This document shows positions 30,927 to 45,000 of a DNA stretch of 64,000 nt, one piece after another. How positions within the stretch are numbered: the first letter of the stretch is position 1; each line of letters begins with the position of its first letter. Position numbers and translations under genes: made by a program. The notes below the pieces were generated by a model, which did no database searches, was not told the DNA's origin, and saw only the letters and a program-made list of their open reading frames with translations. Origin of the DNA: the human T2T-CHM13v2.0 reference genome, Homo sapiens; assembly GCF_009914755.1 (NCBI RefSeq), contig NC_060947.1; one strand, written 5' to 3'.

Positions 30927-33718
30927 CTGTGTGGTTTTTGGTTATATGGATGAATTGTATAGCGGTGAAGTATATTATATATATATACTTCAATAAATAT
31001 ATTGAAAAAATATATATAGAGATATATAAAATGTAAAATGCCAGATATAACAGTCTGCATTCAAAGTATATAAGAAAAGTTGGGTGTGTTTTTGGTAAGA
31101 AAGTTTACAAAAAGGCATGAAAATGTACTTTTTTGTTAAAAGGAAAGTAACTTTTCCTTGTTTACAGATTTTTAAAAGTTGTTTACATTGAAGTAATAAA
31201 AGTAAACAAACAATGCATATAGAAAGCTGGGGAAAGAAAGAAAATGGGAAAAAGTGTAATAGGTTATAAAAGGGTGTATGGAAATTTGATTGTGCATGCT
31301 CGAAGCTGATTGAAATTGGATGAATCTATTTATAAAGTTCTATTAAAATTAGCTTTAGCATTAATAATACACTAATGAAAAGATAGAACTTGGTTTTCTC
31401 TTTTGAATAAGATTTTGGTGTAATCTTAATAAAAGATGGTAAAATATTTTTATCTATTAAATAAACTGCAAAAGAAAAGGGGAGAGAGTGAGATAGATTT
31501 TGATTGTTTGGGAAATTATTAATTTACAGTGACCTGTGATCTGATTTTGAGCAAGTGTTTTAAACTTTTGATATTTGATAAGCTCCAAAATCAAATTTGA
31601 AAGTCTTAATTAGGTCTTTTTTACCTAAAATTAACATTGTAGATTTTAGGGCTCCTGGATGTCCAAAAGAGATGTATTAGGTTTATATTGTATGTTAAAG
31701 TCATATGGGAAGCATTAACAAATAAAAAAATAGTGCTTAACTTATATAAGTGGGTTATTAATATGCATTTCAAAATTGTATGAGAGTCATACAATTCTAT
31801 TATTTCTTAGTACATTTTATCAGAAATAATTATGATTATTATGTTAAATAATTGTATGCCACAGAAATAACCAAATTTCCTTGCCAACTGTGTCTTTAAT
31901 CATGGATATTCTGAGTCTTTTCTCATACACAAGCAATTATTGTTTTATTTCATTGTTTTTAAAAAGCAGTTTATAATTGACTAAAGTCTGTAATTTGCGG
32001 CTTCTTCAAGGAAATTCATGGAAAGAACCCTGAAAAATACTCTTCAAGTTAGGTTCTGATAACTTTTGAGATCATACCACTGGATAGGGTAAAAACTTCC
32101 AGAACTCTAAAAAGTTGATGCTTTTATGAAGATTGCTAACCCAACATCTAGCAGAACAAGAGTTAATTACATGAGACTAAATTAATAGAGGACTGGAATA
32201 ACATTGTTATGAGTTTTTTGATTGAAACATGCTGCTTATTTTTATATTTTGTTTTTCAGAGCCAAGAAACCTTTTTTCTTTTGAACTGTGTATAGCTAAC
32301 AATTGGATAAAGTATACTTTTTGAGAAAAATTGATACATTTATCTTTCTTTTTATTTGATTTCTCCAAAATTTGGAAGCTATTTGGATTTTTAAATTTAT
32401 GGCAATATAGTTATTTGAAGAAGTTTAGTAAGAGTATTTTTTCTTTTGTAAGAGTATAAAATTGTAGACACTGGTTACCAAGTCTTTGGTTAGAATGACA
32501 CATTTTCAGATATGACCAAACATTTTTGAGGAAATGTGACTGAATTCATATAGCCAATGAAAAACTCCTTAGAAAGACTGGCTTCATATCTTGCCTACAC
32601 AGTTCCCTTACAAAGTTTGTGATCTCACAGTAAGTAAAGTATGCCACTCTCTGATATGTCCAGGATATTCATTCAAGATATTTTGGGACCTTAAGAGAAA
32701 AGGAATCCATTCAATTTATACAGAGAATATAGGCACAATGTGATGTGATTGTGACTCTTTGACTTTACTTCCTACCTTGGAGGGTTTTAAAAATTTAACC
32801 TGTAAAGCTTTGCTTTAAAGTTCCAGGAAAACCAACTTTAAAGAGCTTATATGGCCAGTCACAATTTTATGCTAAAAATTAGGCCAAGTATATTAGAACT
32901 GAAATTTATTTTTCAAATAAATTGGTCCTCTTATGTTTTATTCTTGGTAGAATTGGGGAACTAGCGAGAGAAAAATTATATTTCAGGAAAACTCTATAGT
33001 ACACCTGTTTGTAGACTTGTCCATTGTTTTTCAGTTTTTATTATTTTTCTACAATTTAGACTGAATCATGCATTCTTCTCTGGCTACAAGTCTCCAACTA
33101 ATGTTTTCAAATTTTCCTTCAATTTTTTTGACATGTGATCACTAGAAAATCAAACTACATTTCTTAAAGCCCTGCAAAGTGAAGCTAGACAACTTGATAT
33201 AAACATCACAAGAAATCACCACGACAACTGATATATAAACAGCCGTCATGCTGGCTGATATATCAACTACTCAGAAAGTTCAATTGAATATTTGCTTTGA
33301 GTTATTATCCAGAAAAATCTGTCAGCTTGCCACTGCAATCTGAACACGCTTCAGAGACTCTAGAAAAACAAGTCTATAGAGTACTCCGGACATTAACCTT
33401 TGTTTTTCTTGTTTCTATAGAAATGCTTCTTATTAAAGATCTGTTTTCTTGCATGATATATACAGGCCTAGTCCATCTGCAATAGCATCTCCTGGAGTGG
33501 GACACAGCTGCTGAAATAAACTGATCTATTCTCAGGACTAAGAGACTGATTAAGAATGATATACATATATATATAAATGTGCTGTTTTCTGCGTATCCTA
33601 ATTTGGTTACTTTCTATTCCTTTGCCTTTTTTAATCTAATAAACTCTAACCAAAATATCTTCAATGCTATAAGCCTTACTTTAACATATAAAACTTCTTA
33701 AAGTTTTAAAGTGGAAGC
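30599..33718 (+). mobile_element. ERV1 (MER34/MER4-group) non-coding internal sequence, resumed
   Basis: AT-rich MER4-group-like internal ending in a degenerate polypurine tract (AAAGTGGAAGC) before the 3' LTR. Confidence 0.7.
30872..30924. repeat. (TA)n(TG)n compound microsatellite
   Basis: Direct reading. Confidence 0.95.
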
Positions 33719-34293
33719 TGAAAGAAAATCAAAATATTTTACCCCAAAACATATTTCTTTGATGTATTTTGAGACACCTGTTTAGAAATCCAGCAAAGAG
33801 AAGTAGAGAAGTAACCCTACAAAGTTGTCTTTTGTGGGGGCAGATTTGCATCTGTAGAGAATCTGCATTGTTGCAGCCAGATTTTCTCTGAGGCCTCCTT
33901 TTATCCAGATCTAGGAAAGATTTACTGAAAGTCTGACACTTTTATAGGTCTGAAAAAAACAGTTATCATGTATTCTTTCTGAGGTCTGCTACCTGTGAAG
34001 TTTCATCTGCATAACAAGACCACTTTTGCTAGCTAAGCCTCCTCTTCTCTACCTCCCATAACCTGTTTTGCCACCATAACCTGTTTTTTCAAATTCCAAT
34101 CCCAATTCTTTCCGTAACATCAAGATGGTATTTAAGCTTCTGAACTCCAGGAGGGGATTAGGAGGTAATCACCCTGTGTTTCTCTCCCACATGCATATTA
34201 ATAATTTTTATGCCCTTTCTCTAATTAATCAGACTTTTGCAAGTTGATTTTTTTCGTGGATCCTCGGAAGGCAAAGGAGAACTTTTTCTTTGA
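33719..34293 (+). mobile_element. MER34-family 3' LTR; last few bases lie after the MST, at ~34715-34723
   Basis: TGAAAGAAAATCAAAATATTTTACCCCAAAA...GATTTGCATCTGTAGAGAATCTG, shared with the 20440 LTR. Confidence 0.85.
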
Positions 34294-34294
34294 C

Positions 34295-34714
34295 TTTTGT
34301 CCATTGTCAAACTGCTATAAAGAAATACCTGAGACTCAGTAATTTCTAAGAGAAGAATTTTAATTGGCTCATGGTTCTGCAGGCTGTACAGAAAGCATAA
34401 CAGCTTCTGATTCTCAGGAAGCCTCAGAAAGCTCCCAATCACATGGCAAAAGGTAAAGCGGGAGTGAGCTCTCTTACATGGCTGGAGCAAGAGATAGAGA
34501 GAGAGGAGGGAGGTGCTACACACTTTAAAAAAAACAGATCTCATGAAAACTCACTTACTACTGCCAAGAAAATACCAACAGGGGTGGTGTTAAATCATTC
34601 CTGAAAAACTGCCCCCCATGATCTAATCACCTCACACCAGGCCCCCCACGCCTAACATTGGAAATTACAACTCAACATGAGATTTGGGCGGGGGCACAGA
34701 TCCAAACCATATCA
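34295..34714 (-). mobile_element. MSTA-like solo LTR
   Basis: CTGCTATAAAGAAATACCTGAGACT...CAGATCCAAACCATATCA. Confidence 0.85.
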
Positions 34715-34879
34715 ACCCCTATGTTAGATTTTACTACACCCTTGAACATTGCTACCCACAGTTATCAGAATAAACATATGATCTTTAGAGTCTGCTTGAG
34801 AATCATTCATTGCTTATGTGTACTTACTAAAAGCTCCTACGAAAAATTAAGAATTGACTGTTTTAGTTGTGGGGTAATG

Positions 34880-36335
34880 AAAAAAAAAAACTGAAGAAGG
34901 AAAATATCAGACTAGCTATTTTATGGTAGATCCCAGTTCATCTTTAGAAGATAATTTCTTAGCATGGACTAAATCATTCTATATATAAGAATTTATTGCT
35001 CTTACTAGAATCCCTTTATATAAAAAATGCCTAGACACAATGGCCAATCCAATAGCAATGAGCATTCTGAATCCCAGGACTGTGACATTTTAATACTATT
35101 TCTCATTTACTTAAACCAAACTTCCTGGATAAATGGTTGATTCAAGGTATAGAATAGAAAATATACAAGATAAATCTGGAGCCCATTGATATGCCAGAGA
35201 GCAATGAAGCTAACAAAGACTATGAAGATCATGTCAAAAGGACTCTAGTTCCAACTTAAATAGGTTCTTGTAGCCAAACAATATACAGTTCGAGCCTCAA
35301 TAAAGATAAAAATTGAAACATATTGAGAACATCAAATACATGTAAATCCATGATTTTATAATGGCACGAAAAACAAGTGTTCACTTTTAAAAAGTGACAG
35401 AAGACTAATTATCTAAAAACTGTAAATAAGATTAAATAATCATACATTTAACCTACCTTTCCTACATAAACTGTACCACTAGTTAACAAATTATTAGATT
35501 AAAAGTATCTCTATATAAAATTATTCTAGGTTTAAAAGCAAACAATAATAAAATTAAAATATTGCCATTTTGAATGCCCCCAATGGATCTATGCATTGAA
35601 GATCAAAAGCTGCTCACATTTAAAAAAAGGTGAAAAACAGTCATATGCCTCCTGATGAAAGGACAAGACACCACCAATAGCCTTGTCACAGGGATTGCAT
35701 CTGACTCTGATCACATTTTCTAATCCAGCTGCCATTTTACAGAAAATGCAGAGGAACTTACTGAACTGTACTATGATTACCAAGCAGAAAGCCCACACTG
35801 TAAAAACATTTACAAGTCAAACATAAGTTTTTAAACAAATAAATTGTAAGAAAGAAAAGAATGAAGAGAGGAAATCTATTGATAAATGTGATGTAAAACT
35901 TATATCATTTTTTAAATGGGGAAGCTTAAAGCTATAGTGTCTAGGGTTGCACACGTGGGTAATAAAACCAAAAGACATGCAGGAAAGTGATTACTAAAAT
36001 GTCAGAATGATGGTTACTTTTGGAAGGAAGAAAAAATTGTGATTGAGATGGGACCAATGGAAAGACTTCTAGCATAACGTGAAAAGTTCCTTTTCTTGAC
36101 CTGTGTGGTGGGTATAATGGTATTCACTTTGTAGTAATTATCTAAGATCATGTTATCCCTGGGGAAAATAGTGATTAGTAGAAAGCATAAGTAGGAATTC
36201 TGGGATGCTGGCCTGTATTCTGCTTCTTGATCTAAATGCCAATTACATGAGTGTTTTCCATTTCTTATAATTCATTGACCTGTTTACTTACATGCACTTT
36301 TCTATATGTAAACTATATTTCATAAAGAAATTAAA
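34880..36335 (+). mobile_element. Old L1M (L1MC/ME-type) 3' region(s)
   Basis: TGGCCAATCCAATAGCAATGAGC...AAATGGTTGATTC; terminal TTCTTGATCT...ATGCACTTTTCTATATGTA. Confidence 0.6.
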
Positions 36336-36650
36336 AATGTCATTGGCATTCCATTAAACACTTCAGAGAGTAATGCTTCTTCCATTAGGCTCTTCTAATG
36401 AGAAATATTCTCACATTTTTAATTTCAATATACAATAATTTAAAAATTGGACCCTGATCATGGAACAAAAAAGCACTTATGCAAAAATAATCATAACACT
36501 GTCCATGGGGTCCAGAAACACAACAGGGGTAGGATTAAACCTTGGCACTTTTTTTTTTTTTAACAGTAATCTGTTTTTCTTGGAGATAATCCATCCTAAT
36601 TTTCAGAAATTTTTCAGCTTCACTCAGAAAGTTAATTGGGGCACCTCCGT

Positions 36651-37716
36651 TGAAATGGTTTGACTCTGTGTCCCCACCCAAATCTCATGTTGAATTGTAA
36701 TTCCCAATGCTGGGGAAGGGACCTGGTGGTAGGTGATTTGATCATGGAGGTGGATTTTTCCATTGCTGTTCTTGTGACAGTGACTGAGTTCTCATGATAT
36801 TTGATGGTTTAAAGTCTCTGGCACTTGCCCTTTCTTTCCCTCTGTCTCTCTCCTTCTGCCACGTGAAGATGTGTTTGCTACCCCTTCACACTTCTGCCAT
36901 GATTGTAGGTTTCCTGAGGCTTCCCCAGCCATGCCTTTTGTAAATCCTGCGGAATTGTGAGTCAACTAAACCTCTTTTATTTATAAATTACCCAATCTCA
37001 GACAGTTTTTTATAGCTGTATGAGAATGGACTAATACAGAAAACTGGTACTGAGAGTGGGGTACTGCCCCTTTGTTTTGGCCAATTTGTCCCATTTGGAA
37101 TAGGAGCATTTACACAATGCCTGTACCCTCATTGTATCTTGGAAGTAACTAACTTGTTTTTTATTTTACATGCTCATAGGCAGAAGGGACTTGTCTTGTC
37201 TCAGATGAGACTTTAGACTTGTACTTTTGAGTTAATGCTGGAATGAGTTAAGACTTTGGGTGGACTGTTGGGAAGTCATACCTGTGTTTTGAAATGTGAG
37301 AAGGACATGAGATTTGGGAGGAGTCAGGGTCACAATAATATGGTTTGGTTCTGTGTCCCTACCCAAATCTTATGTTGAATTGTATTGACCAATGTTGGGG
37401 GAAGAACTTGTGGGGAGGTGATTGGATCATGGGGGCAAATTTCCCCCTTGCTATTATTGTGATAGTGAGTGAGTTCCTGTGAGATCTAATTATTTAAAAG
37501 TCTGTGGCACTTCCCCCTTCTCTCTCTCTTTTGCTGCCATGTGAAGACCTGCTTGCTTCCTGTTTGCCCTTTCACCATGATTGTACATTTCCTGAGGCCT
37601 CCCCATCCATACCTTCTGTATAGCCTGTGGAACTGTGAGTCAATTAAACCTCTTTTCCTTATAAATTACCCAGTCTCAGGTAGTTCTTTATAGTAGTGGG
37701 AGAATGGAGTAATATA
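36651..37716 (+). mobile_element. MSTA-like MaLR: LTR (36651-37038), ~300-bp deleted internal, LTR (37336-37716)
   Basis: Two homologous LTRs; internal start GAAAACTGGTAC fused to the internal 3' end. Confidence 0.9.
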
Positions 37717-37719
37717 CCT

Positions 37720-38640
37720 GTCATGTTAAACCATCTCTATATCTCCAGTACAATCTGTACCTAATCACGGTACTGGTTTTATGTGAAGATCAAGTTTGTT
37801 TTTGTTTACCACACATAAACTTGATTTGTGTATATGAGATGTTAGAGATGTATTTATTCAAGAGTAATCCACAACCTGTGGTTAATTTATCATTGAGGTG
37901 TGAGCCCACTATCATAAAAATTAAAGGGGTTTATGAAAAATTACCCAGAAAAATCACTCACTTTTATACCTACCATTCACACGATGATTTCTATAATGGT
38001 CAGACATCTGTCAATACCTTAGCTTAAGTGATAAACAATACTTTCACAGCTTTTAAGTTTCAATGGAGAAGTTTAATTGTCTTTTGTCCAAGTGCTAATA
38101 GACAAATAAGTAGCTATAGATTCCCTATTAGCCAAAATGGTGTTTGATGTTACACTCAGACTAATACTACTGCCATGTAAAATGACAAATCTCTAAATTG
38201 AAAGAACTGACCACTTGGAAACTTGTTTTCTTGGCTTAGATTTAATTTGAATCATAACATTCATTATGCTTTACACAACCTAACCCTTATTTTGCTATTA
38301 GTCTTTTTGCAAATTGTCCATGACCAATGTGTACATGAGTCTTATATGCTGCTGTTCCATTAATGTCATATCAGATGGTCCAATAACTCATCATTTGACA
38401 AAAAGAACATAGAGGTCAGACCCTGGTCCAACTACAAACTGTTGTTTCTGAGACAATGATGGAATCTAATGATCACTTGAGTTGTCTAGAACTGGAATAA
38501 GAACACTTTTGTGGCTGACTTTATGATCTACTCAGGATGGCTGAGGGGATTTGGGAATAGAAGAGTCATATAGTCATCTGAATTGCCACTGAAACAATAG
38601 GATGGCTAGAGAAGATAAAGAGTAGGGAAATCTGAGTGAC
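37720..38640 (+). pseudogene. Ancient ERV env remnant (SU end and TM) followed by a PPT and a possible LTR start
   Basis: ICT*SRYWF (CAP.G..FLC-like) at ~37753; TLA*VINNTFTAFKFQWRSL and VQVLIDK*VAIDSLLAK (immunosuppressive DNR.ALD.LLA-like) at ~38015-38136; AGAGTAGGGAAA then TGAGTG at ~38620-38640. Confidence 0.6.
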
Positions 38641-39515
38641 AAAACAAATATTGTGAGCCCTGCATAGAGAATCAATAAATTTATTGGATGTTAAATAGAA
38701 TTAAAAGACAGTATTTAAATAATTCTTTAAAATTCTGTTTCAAATACATATATTTTGTATTCTAATAAGTCAAATTGACACAAGTTGGAAACACCTCCGA
38801 TAAAAATTGTAAAAGCAAGATGTACAATGGCACAATATTAGGATCTCAGCTGTAAACACTGTTCAATAAATTTAGTTAATATCAACTCCTCATAGGGCAA
38901 AGAATTTGTATGCCAACTCCCAAAATGGAAAGAATGGCTCCCAGGCAAGACGTAATGATAACCAGCTGAAAGTTATTAACATATCTAAAGATAAAATATA
39001 TAGATGTAGGTGTGCTTGCTGCTTGTGTGGATGGTGGTATAGTATGGGGGGAGAAGAGGGAAAAGCAGAAAATGTAGAATAAAAATAGAGGGGTAGTGAA
39101 GTAAACCTTGACATTGCCCACACAAGCACATATCAGGAGGCAAGAACTCTTAAATAATAAATTAGCCTTTCATTTCTAGAATGCTTCCAAGTTGAAAGTT
39201 CTCAAGCCCCTAGGAATTCTCTTTAGTACTATCTAAGTTAATGAGTGTTCATTCTAGCTGATTGCAAGTTCTGTCTTCTATGGCCTTCTCTTTCCCTAGT
39301 ATTTCTGATTATCCCTGGAAAATTCTTACATATTCCACAAATTCATGCTGGCTTCACTTATCACCTTTCCTACAGACACAAGCTCTGGTCTTCTCTTTTT
39401 GATGTTGTTTTGTCTTTTCCAGTGCCACTTCACTCCAGTGTGAACTAACATTTCTTTCTTAATGTCCTAAATATTTTCTAACTCTAATCTGTAGAAGCTA
39501 TCAGATCTCTTCTGT

Positions 39516-39768
39516 GAAGTAATATAGCATTCTGGTTAAATGTGTGGACACTGATACTATGTCTTAGGTTCTAATCCATTTGGCCACTTACTAGCAGTAA
39601 GACCCTAGGGAAGTTACTAACTTGATGCCTGAATTGTATTTTTTTTTGTAAAACAAAGATAATACTAGTACTGATACCATAGACCTTCATTAAAGATTAA
39701 ATGGACTACTTCCAAGTGAGCATTAGGAGCAGTGCTTGGCACATAGTACATGCTAGCTAAGTATTATC
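39516..39768 (+). mobile_element. MIR SINE
   Basis: CCACTTACTAGCAGTAAGACCCTAGGGAAGTTACTAAC...CAGTGCTTGGCACATAGTA. Confidence 0.8.
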
Positions 39769-40359
39769 CATATGGAAGCTTGGGAACAAACTATTGAGAA
39801 TTTCAATGAAGGGAAAAATAACAAAAACAAGGTATAATATTTTACCTGATGTTCATTGACTAGTGCCTATCAAGGGAACTTCCTAACTGGTATTTCAGTC
39901 TGCCCTCTTCTACAGGATTCTCTGTGAAAAGTATAGTTTATACGTCACTTACTGGAACTGCCTTGCCCTTGTCCTCTCTCCAGGGTCCCCACCATCAATC
40001 CCCCTACCTGCCTGCAATACACCAGAAAAGAAAGTTCTTTCTCTTCAGCAATTAAAAATTGATCACTTTGTAAAGCTGCAACTCAGGACCACACTGGAGA
40101 AGATTTTTACATGACTATACTCCGTTAACAAGCTCCTTAAATTCCTCATTCTAGGAAAGGATTTTGGCTTTTTATCAACATAAACGGAAAGTCGATAAAG
40201 TGTTTATCCCAAAGCAGAAAATAAATTTTCCTTAGTCCTACACCACAACACCCATCAAGATAAGTAGTGTTAATCATACATTTGAAATAGTCTTCCCCTC
40301 TAGAATAGCTGGAGATGCCTTTGAAGTACTATGCTTTTAAATATGCATCACCTTAAGAA

Positions 40360-40570
40360 AGGCTTAACCTCTTATATCACATGGGTAACATTTGGGCAAC
40401 AATTTGGGCAAGATATTTAAGCTTTCTATTTCATCATCTATAAAATGGGGTTATTACTGCCATCTACTTCAAAGGGTTGCTTCCAGGGTTAAATACATAA
40501 AAAGATAAATAAAGCTCTTATTGCATTATCTGGAATATAGCAAATACTCAATAAATCTTAAATATTTTTA
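40360..40570 (+). mobile_element. MIR SINE
   Basis: TTGGGCAAGATATTTAA...CATCTATAAAATGGGG...ACTCAATAAAT. Confidence 0.75.
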
Positions 40571-41429
40571 AATTATGGTAATAGATCCCAGGAAAGAGAG
40601 ACTTTAAAAAAAAAAAGTTTTCTGTGCTCCTTGTTCTAACTTTCCTCTGGAACCTTAATGAGTTTCTGATGCAGTTCACATCTACAAATTTGCCAAGAAT
40701 AGCTGATGAGATTCAAGGTGACTGTAAAAAGTTGCACCTTTTTTACATATTGTGTTTTTTAAGAGAAGAAAAGAACATGTTAACAAGGGTTTAGCTCTTT
40801 TTTAAAAAAGGGCAAGATAAAGTAAGTCATATAAATCACCTGATTTTCTTATTTTAAATTATTGAGTACATTTTCTATGCCACTTTACTTATCTTCTTTA
40901 ATGATGCTATTCTGAAAGTTTCCTTCAATATTTTAACATTTTCTGGCTGCTTTTGTATGATTGTTATGAGTGGTTCTGGAGCTAGAAATGTCCAGTTTAG
41001 CAACATACTAAAAAAGGTTATTTATGCTTTAGATTGTGACTGTAAAACAGTTTAACAGTTTCCAAAAGTATTGTTATTGACTCTAGATATCATTGGTCTC
41101 TTTGAGTACATTCTTAAATCTTCCTTTTATTATTTGTATAGTTAGAGGAAGATTAGGCATAATCTACTAAACTGAAGAGGAGAAAAACAGAATTTTTTTT
41201 TACTTTTAAAAGGTCCTACAGGTATGTTCTGTGATTTGGTATTTTGTATTTGGTAAATATGTTTCATGGTATTGTTCTTTCCATTTTTATATTAACATTT
41301 TTGGATTTCATATTAAATGAATCTTGGCATCAAAATGTTTCAACATGTCTCTCTGGTGAAGCTCATCCTGTTGGTTGATTTATTTGTCTTATGGCTGTAG
41401 TTTTCTCTGTGATTTTATGTAAGTCTTGT

Positions 41430-41897
41430 TGTCAACCTTAAACAATCAAACGGCTCAGGATGTAGTTAAAAGAGTTTATTCAAGTGCAAAGTGTGAGGGA
41501 AGCTGTCTGGGAAGCAGAACTTCATCAAGGAAGAATGGTAAGAAGAATGGTAATCAGGGCTCCTGACATGAGAAAAATGAGGATTGTTTATATAGGCCAA
41601 ACAAAGCTGCTGAACAGAATTACGTTTTTCATACAAAGGCTAAAATACAGACATAAGACCTAATTAGCTACTATTGATTACACAAGAATGGAGTGGTTTG
41701 AAATTCTTTTATAAAGAGGTAACAGTCACAAGCGTCTCTATCTCTGACATCATTTAATCTAGGTTTGAATAAAGAATAGGAAGTCTGGATAATGTATAAC
41801 ATCTCAACACAAAGGTCAGAAAACAATGGTTATGCACCAGAGTAGAAAAACAGTTGTAATAGGTGAGTCAGCTTTTATGGCTTAACTTTTATGGCAA
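41430..41897 (-). mobile_element. 3' LTR; U3 start and PPT deleted
   Basis: Shares TAGTTAAAAGAGTTTATTCAAGTGCAAAGT and AGTCTGGATAATGTATAACATCTCAACACAAA with the 59322 LTR. Confidence 0.85.
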
Positions 41898-42010
41898 AAC
41901 CTCTCTAAGCGTTTTGAATCTCAAACATTGCTTATTCGGGTTTGCATATCTGTCATTAATTTGGTGATGTTATGTAATTCATCTGGGATATAAACACAGG
42001 ATTGTTTTTT
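41898..42010 (-). pseudogene. env TM remnant
   Basis: Minus-strand translation QSCVYIPDELHNITKLMTDMQTRISNV, i.e. the end of the CX6CC region followed by YIPD. Confidence 0.75.
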
Positions 42011-45000
42011 GTATATATTTTTCCCTTTTACAAATTTTTATCTTTTATTTTAGAATCAGGAGGCACATGTGCAGGTTTATTACAAGTTATACTGTGTTAT
42101 GTTGAGTTTGGGAGTATGAATGAATCTGTCCTGCCGGTAGAGAGCATAGTATCCAACAGGTAGTTTTAAAACCTTGCGTCCTTCCCTCCCTTCTCCTTCT
42201 TGTATTGCACAGTGTCATATTGATCTCATCTTTATGTGCATGTATACCCAGTGTTCAGGTCCCACTTATAACTGAGAACACGTGGTATTTACTTTTCTGT
42301 TCTGCAAACTTAGCTTAGGATAATGGCTTCCAACTGCATCCATCTTGCTGCAAAGAACATAATTTCTTTTGTTTTTAATGGCTGTGCAGAATACCATGGT
42401 GTATATGTACCACACTTTCTTTATCCAGTTCACTGTTGATGGGCACTGGGGTTGATTGCATGTCTTTGTTATTGTGAGTAGTGTTTTGATGAGCATATAA
42501 GTGCCTGTGTCTTTTTGATAAAATAATTTATTTGGGGGGAGTATGTACTGAGTAACAGGATTGGATTGCTGGGTCAATTGGTAGCACAACTTTTAGTTCT
42601 TTGAGAAATCTTCAAACTGCTCTCCATACTGGCTGAATTAATTTTTATTCCAACGAACAGTATATAAGTGTTGTCTTTTCTCCAGAACCTCATCAACATA
42701 TGTTAGTTTTTTACTTAAAACAAACAAACAAACAAAACTTCCAACTGGTGTGAGTTGATACTTCATTGTCATTTTGATTTTTATGTCTCTGATGATTAGT
42801 GACAATGAGAATTTTTCCATGTTTGTTGGCTGCTTGTATGTCTTCTTTTGAGAAGGGTTTTTTCCTGTCCTTTGCCCACTTTCTAGTGGGTCATTTGCTT
42901 TTTGCTTCTTGGATTAAGTTTCTAATAGATTTGGGATATTAGACCTTTTTGAGATGGATACTTTTTGAATATTTTCTCCCATTTTGTAGGTTGTCTATTT
43001 ATGACCTTGATAGTTTCTCTTGCTCTTCAGAATCTCTTTAGTTTAATTAGGTCACACATTCAATTTTGTTTTTGTTGCAATTGTTTTTGAGGGCATAGCC
43101 ATAAATTCTTTGCCAAGGTCGATATTGAGAATGGTATTATTTAGAGTTTCTTGTAGAATTTTTACACTTTGAGGTCTTACATGTCAATCTTTACTCCATC
43201 TTGATTTAATTTTTATATATGGTGAAAGGTAGTGGTCCAGTTTCATTCTTCTGCATATGGATAACCAGTTACTCCCGCACTATTTACTGAATAGAGAGTT
43301 TTTTCACCATTGTTTATTTGTTTAGACTTTGTCTTGGAGCAGATGGCTGTAGGTGTTTAGTTTTATTTTCAAGTTGTCTATTCTGTTCCATTGGTCTATG
43401 TGTCTGTTTTTGTATTGGTACCATGCTGTTTTGGTTATTATAGCCTTGTAGTATAATTTGAAGTTGGGTAATGTGAGGCCTCTAGCTTTGTCCTTTTTGT
43501 TTGGATTTCTTTGGTTATTTGTGCTCTTTTGGTTTTATATAAGTTTTAGAAATGTTTTTTTTTTTTGGCTAATTCTGTGTAAAATATCTTTGGTAATTTG
43601 GTAAGAATAGTACTGAATCTGTACATTGCTTTGGGGTGTATGGCCATTTTAATGATATTGATTCTTCTAATCCATCAACATGAAAAGTTTTTCAGTTTGT
43701 TTGTGTCACCTCTGACTTCTTTCAGCAGTTTTTGCAGTTTTTGTTGAGATATTTCACCTCCTTGGCTAGTCATATTTCTAGGTATTTTATTCTTTTGTAG
43801 CTATTGTAAATGGGATTGCATTCTTGATTTTACTCTCAGCTTGACCTTAGAACATTTCTAAGTGTATAGAAATGTTCCTGATTTGAGTACATTAATTGTA
43901 TATACTGAAACTTTTCTGAAGTTGTTTATTAGTTCTAGTAGCCTTTTGGTAGAGTTTTTAGGTATTTTTTCAGGTATAGAATTACATAGTGGAGAAAGAC
44001 AATTTGACTTATTTTTTTCTCTTGTCTAATTGCTATGAAGAGGATTTTCAGTACTATGTTAAATAGGAGTAGTGAAAGTGGGCATCTTTCTCTTGATCCA
44101 GTTCTCAAAAGGAATAGTTCCAGCTGTTGCCTATTCAGTATGATGCTGTCTGTGGCTTTGTCATAGATGGCTTTCTTATTTTGATGTATGTTTCTTCAAT
44201 GTCTAGTTTACTGAGGATTTTTATCATGAAGGAATGTTGGATTTCATTGAAAGCATTTTCTCTCTATTAAAATGATCATAAGGTTTTTAATTCTGTTATG
44301 TAGTGAATGATATTGAATGATATGTGTATGTTTAACCAACTTGCATCCAAGGAATAAAGCCTACTTCATTATAGTGAATTAATTTTTGACGTGCTACTGG
44401 AATTGGTGTGCTTGTACTTTGTTGAGAATTTTTGCTTTTGTGTTCATTAGGGATTTTGGCCTGAAATGTTCTTTTTTTTTCATTGCATCTCTACCTGATT
44501 TTGGTATTAGGATGACTCTGGATTCATGGAATGAGTTAGGAAGGATTCTTCCCTACTCAATTTTTTGGAATAGTTTCAGTAGGATTGGTACCACTTCTTC
44601 TATATCTAATAGAATTTAGCTGTCAATCCATCTGGTCCAGAAATTTTTATTGGTAAGTTTTTATTACTGATTTAATTTCAGAACTCATTATTGGTCTGTT
44701 CAGGGTTTCAATTTTTTCCTAGTTCAATCTGGAGAGGTGAATCTAGCAATTTATTCATTCCCTCTAGATTTCCTAGTTTGTGAGCATAGATGTATTTATA
44801 ATAGTCTCCAAGGATCTTTTATATTTCTGTGAAATTGGTTGTAATGTCACCTTGTAATTTCTGACTATGTTTATTTGGATCTCCCCTCTTTTTTTTTTTC
44901 TTTGTTAATCTAGCAGTCTATCCATTCTGTTTATTCTTTCAAAAATTTATTTTTGGTTTTGTTAATCTTTTCTATGGAATTTTGGCTTTCAACTTTGCTC

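Noticed and set aside
40156-40236. Exon-like segment ERILAFYQHKRK...
   Set aside because: Resembles a minus-strand L2 fragment (AAGGATTTTGGCTTTT...AAGCAG) and has no convincing donor
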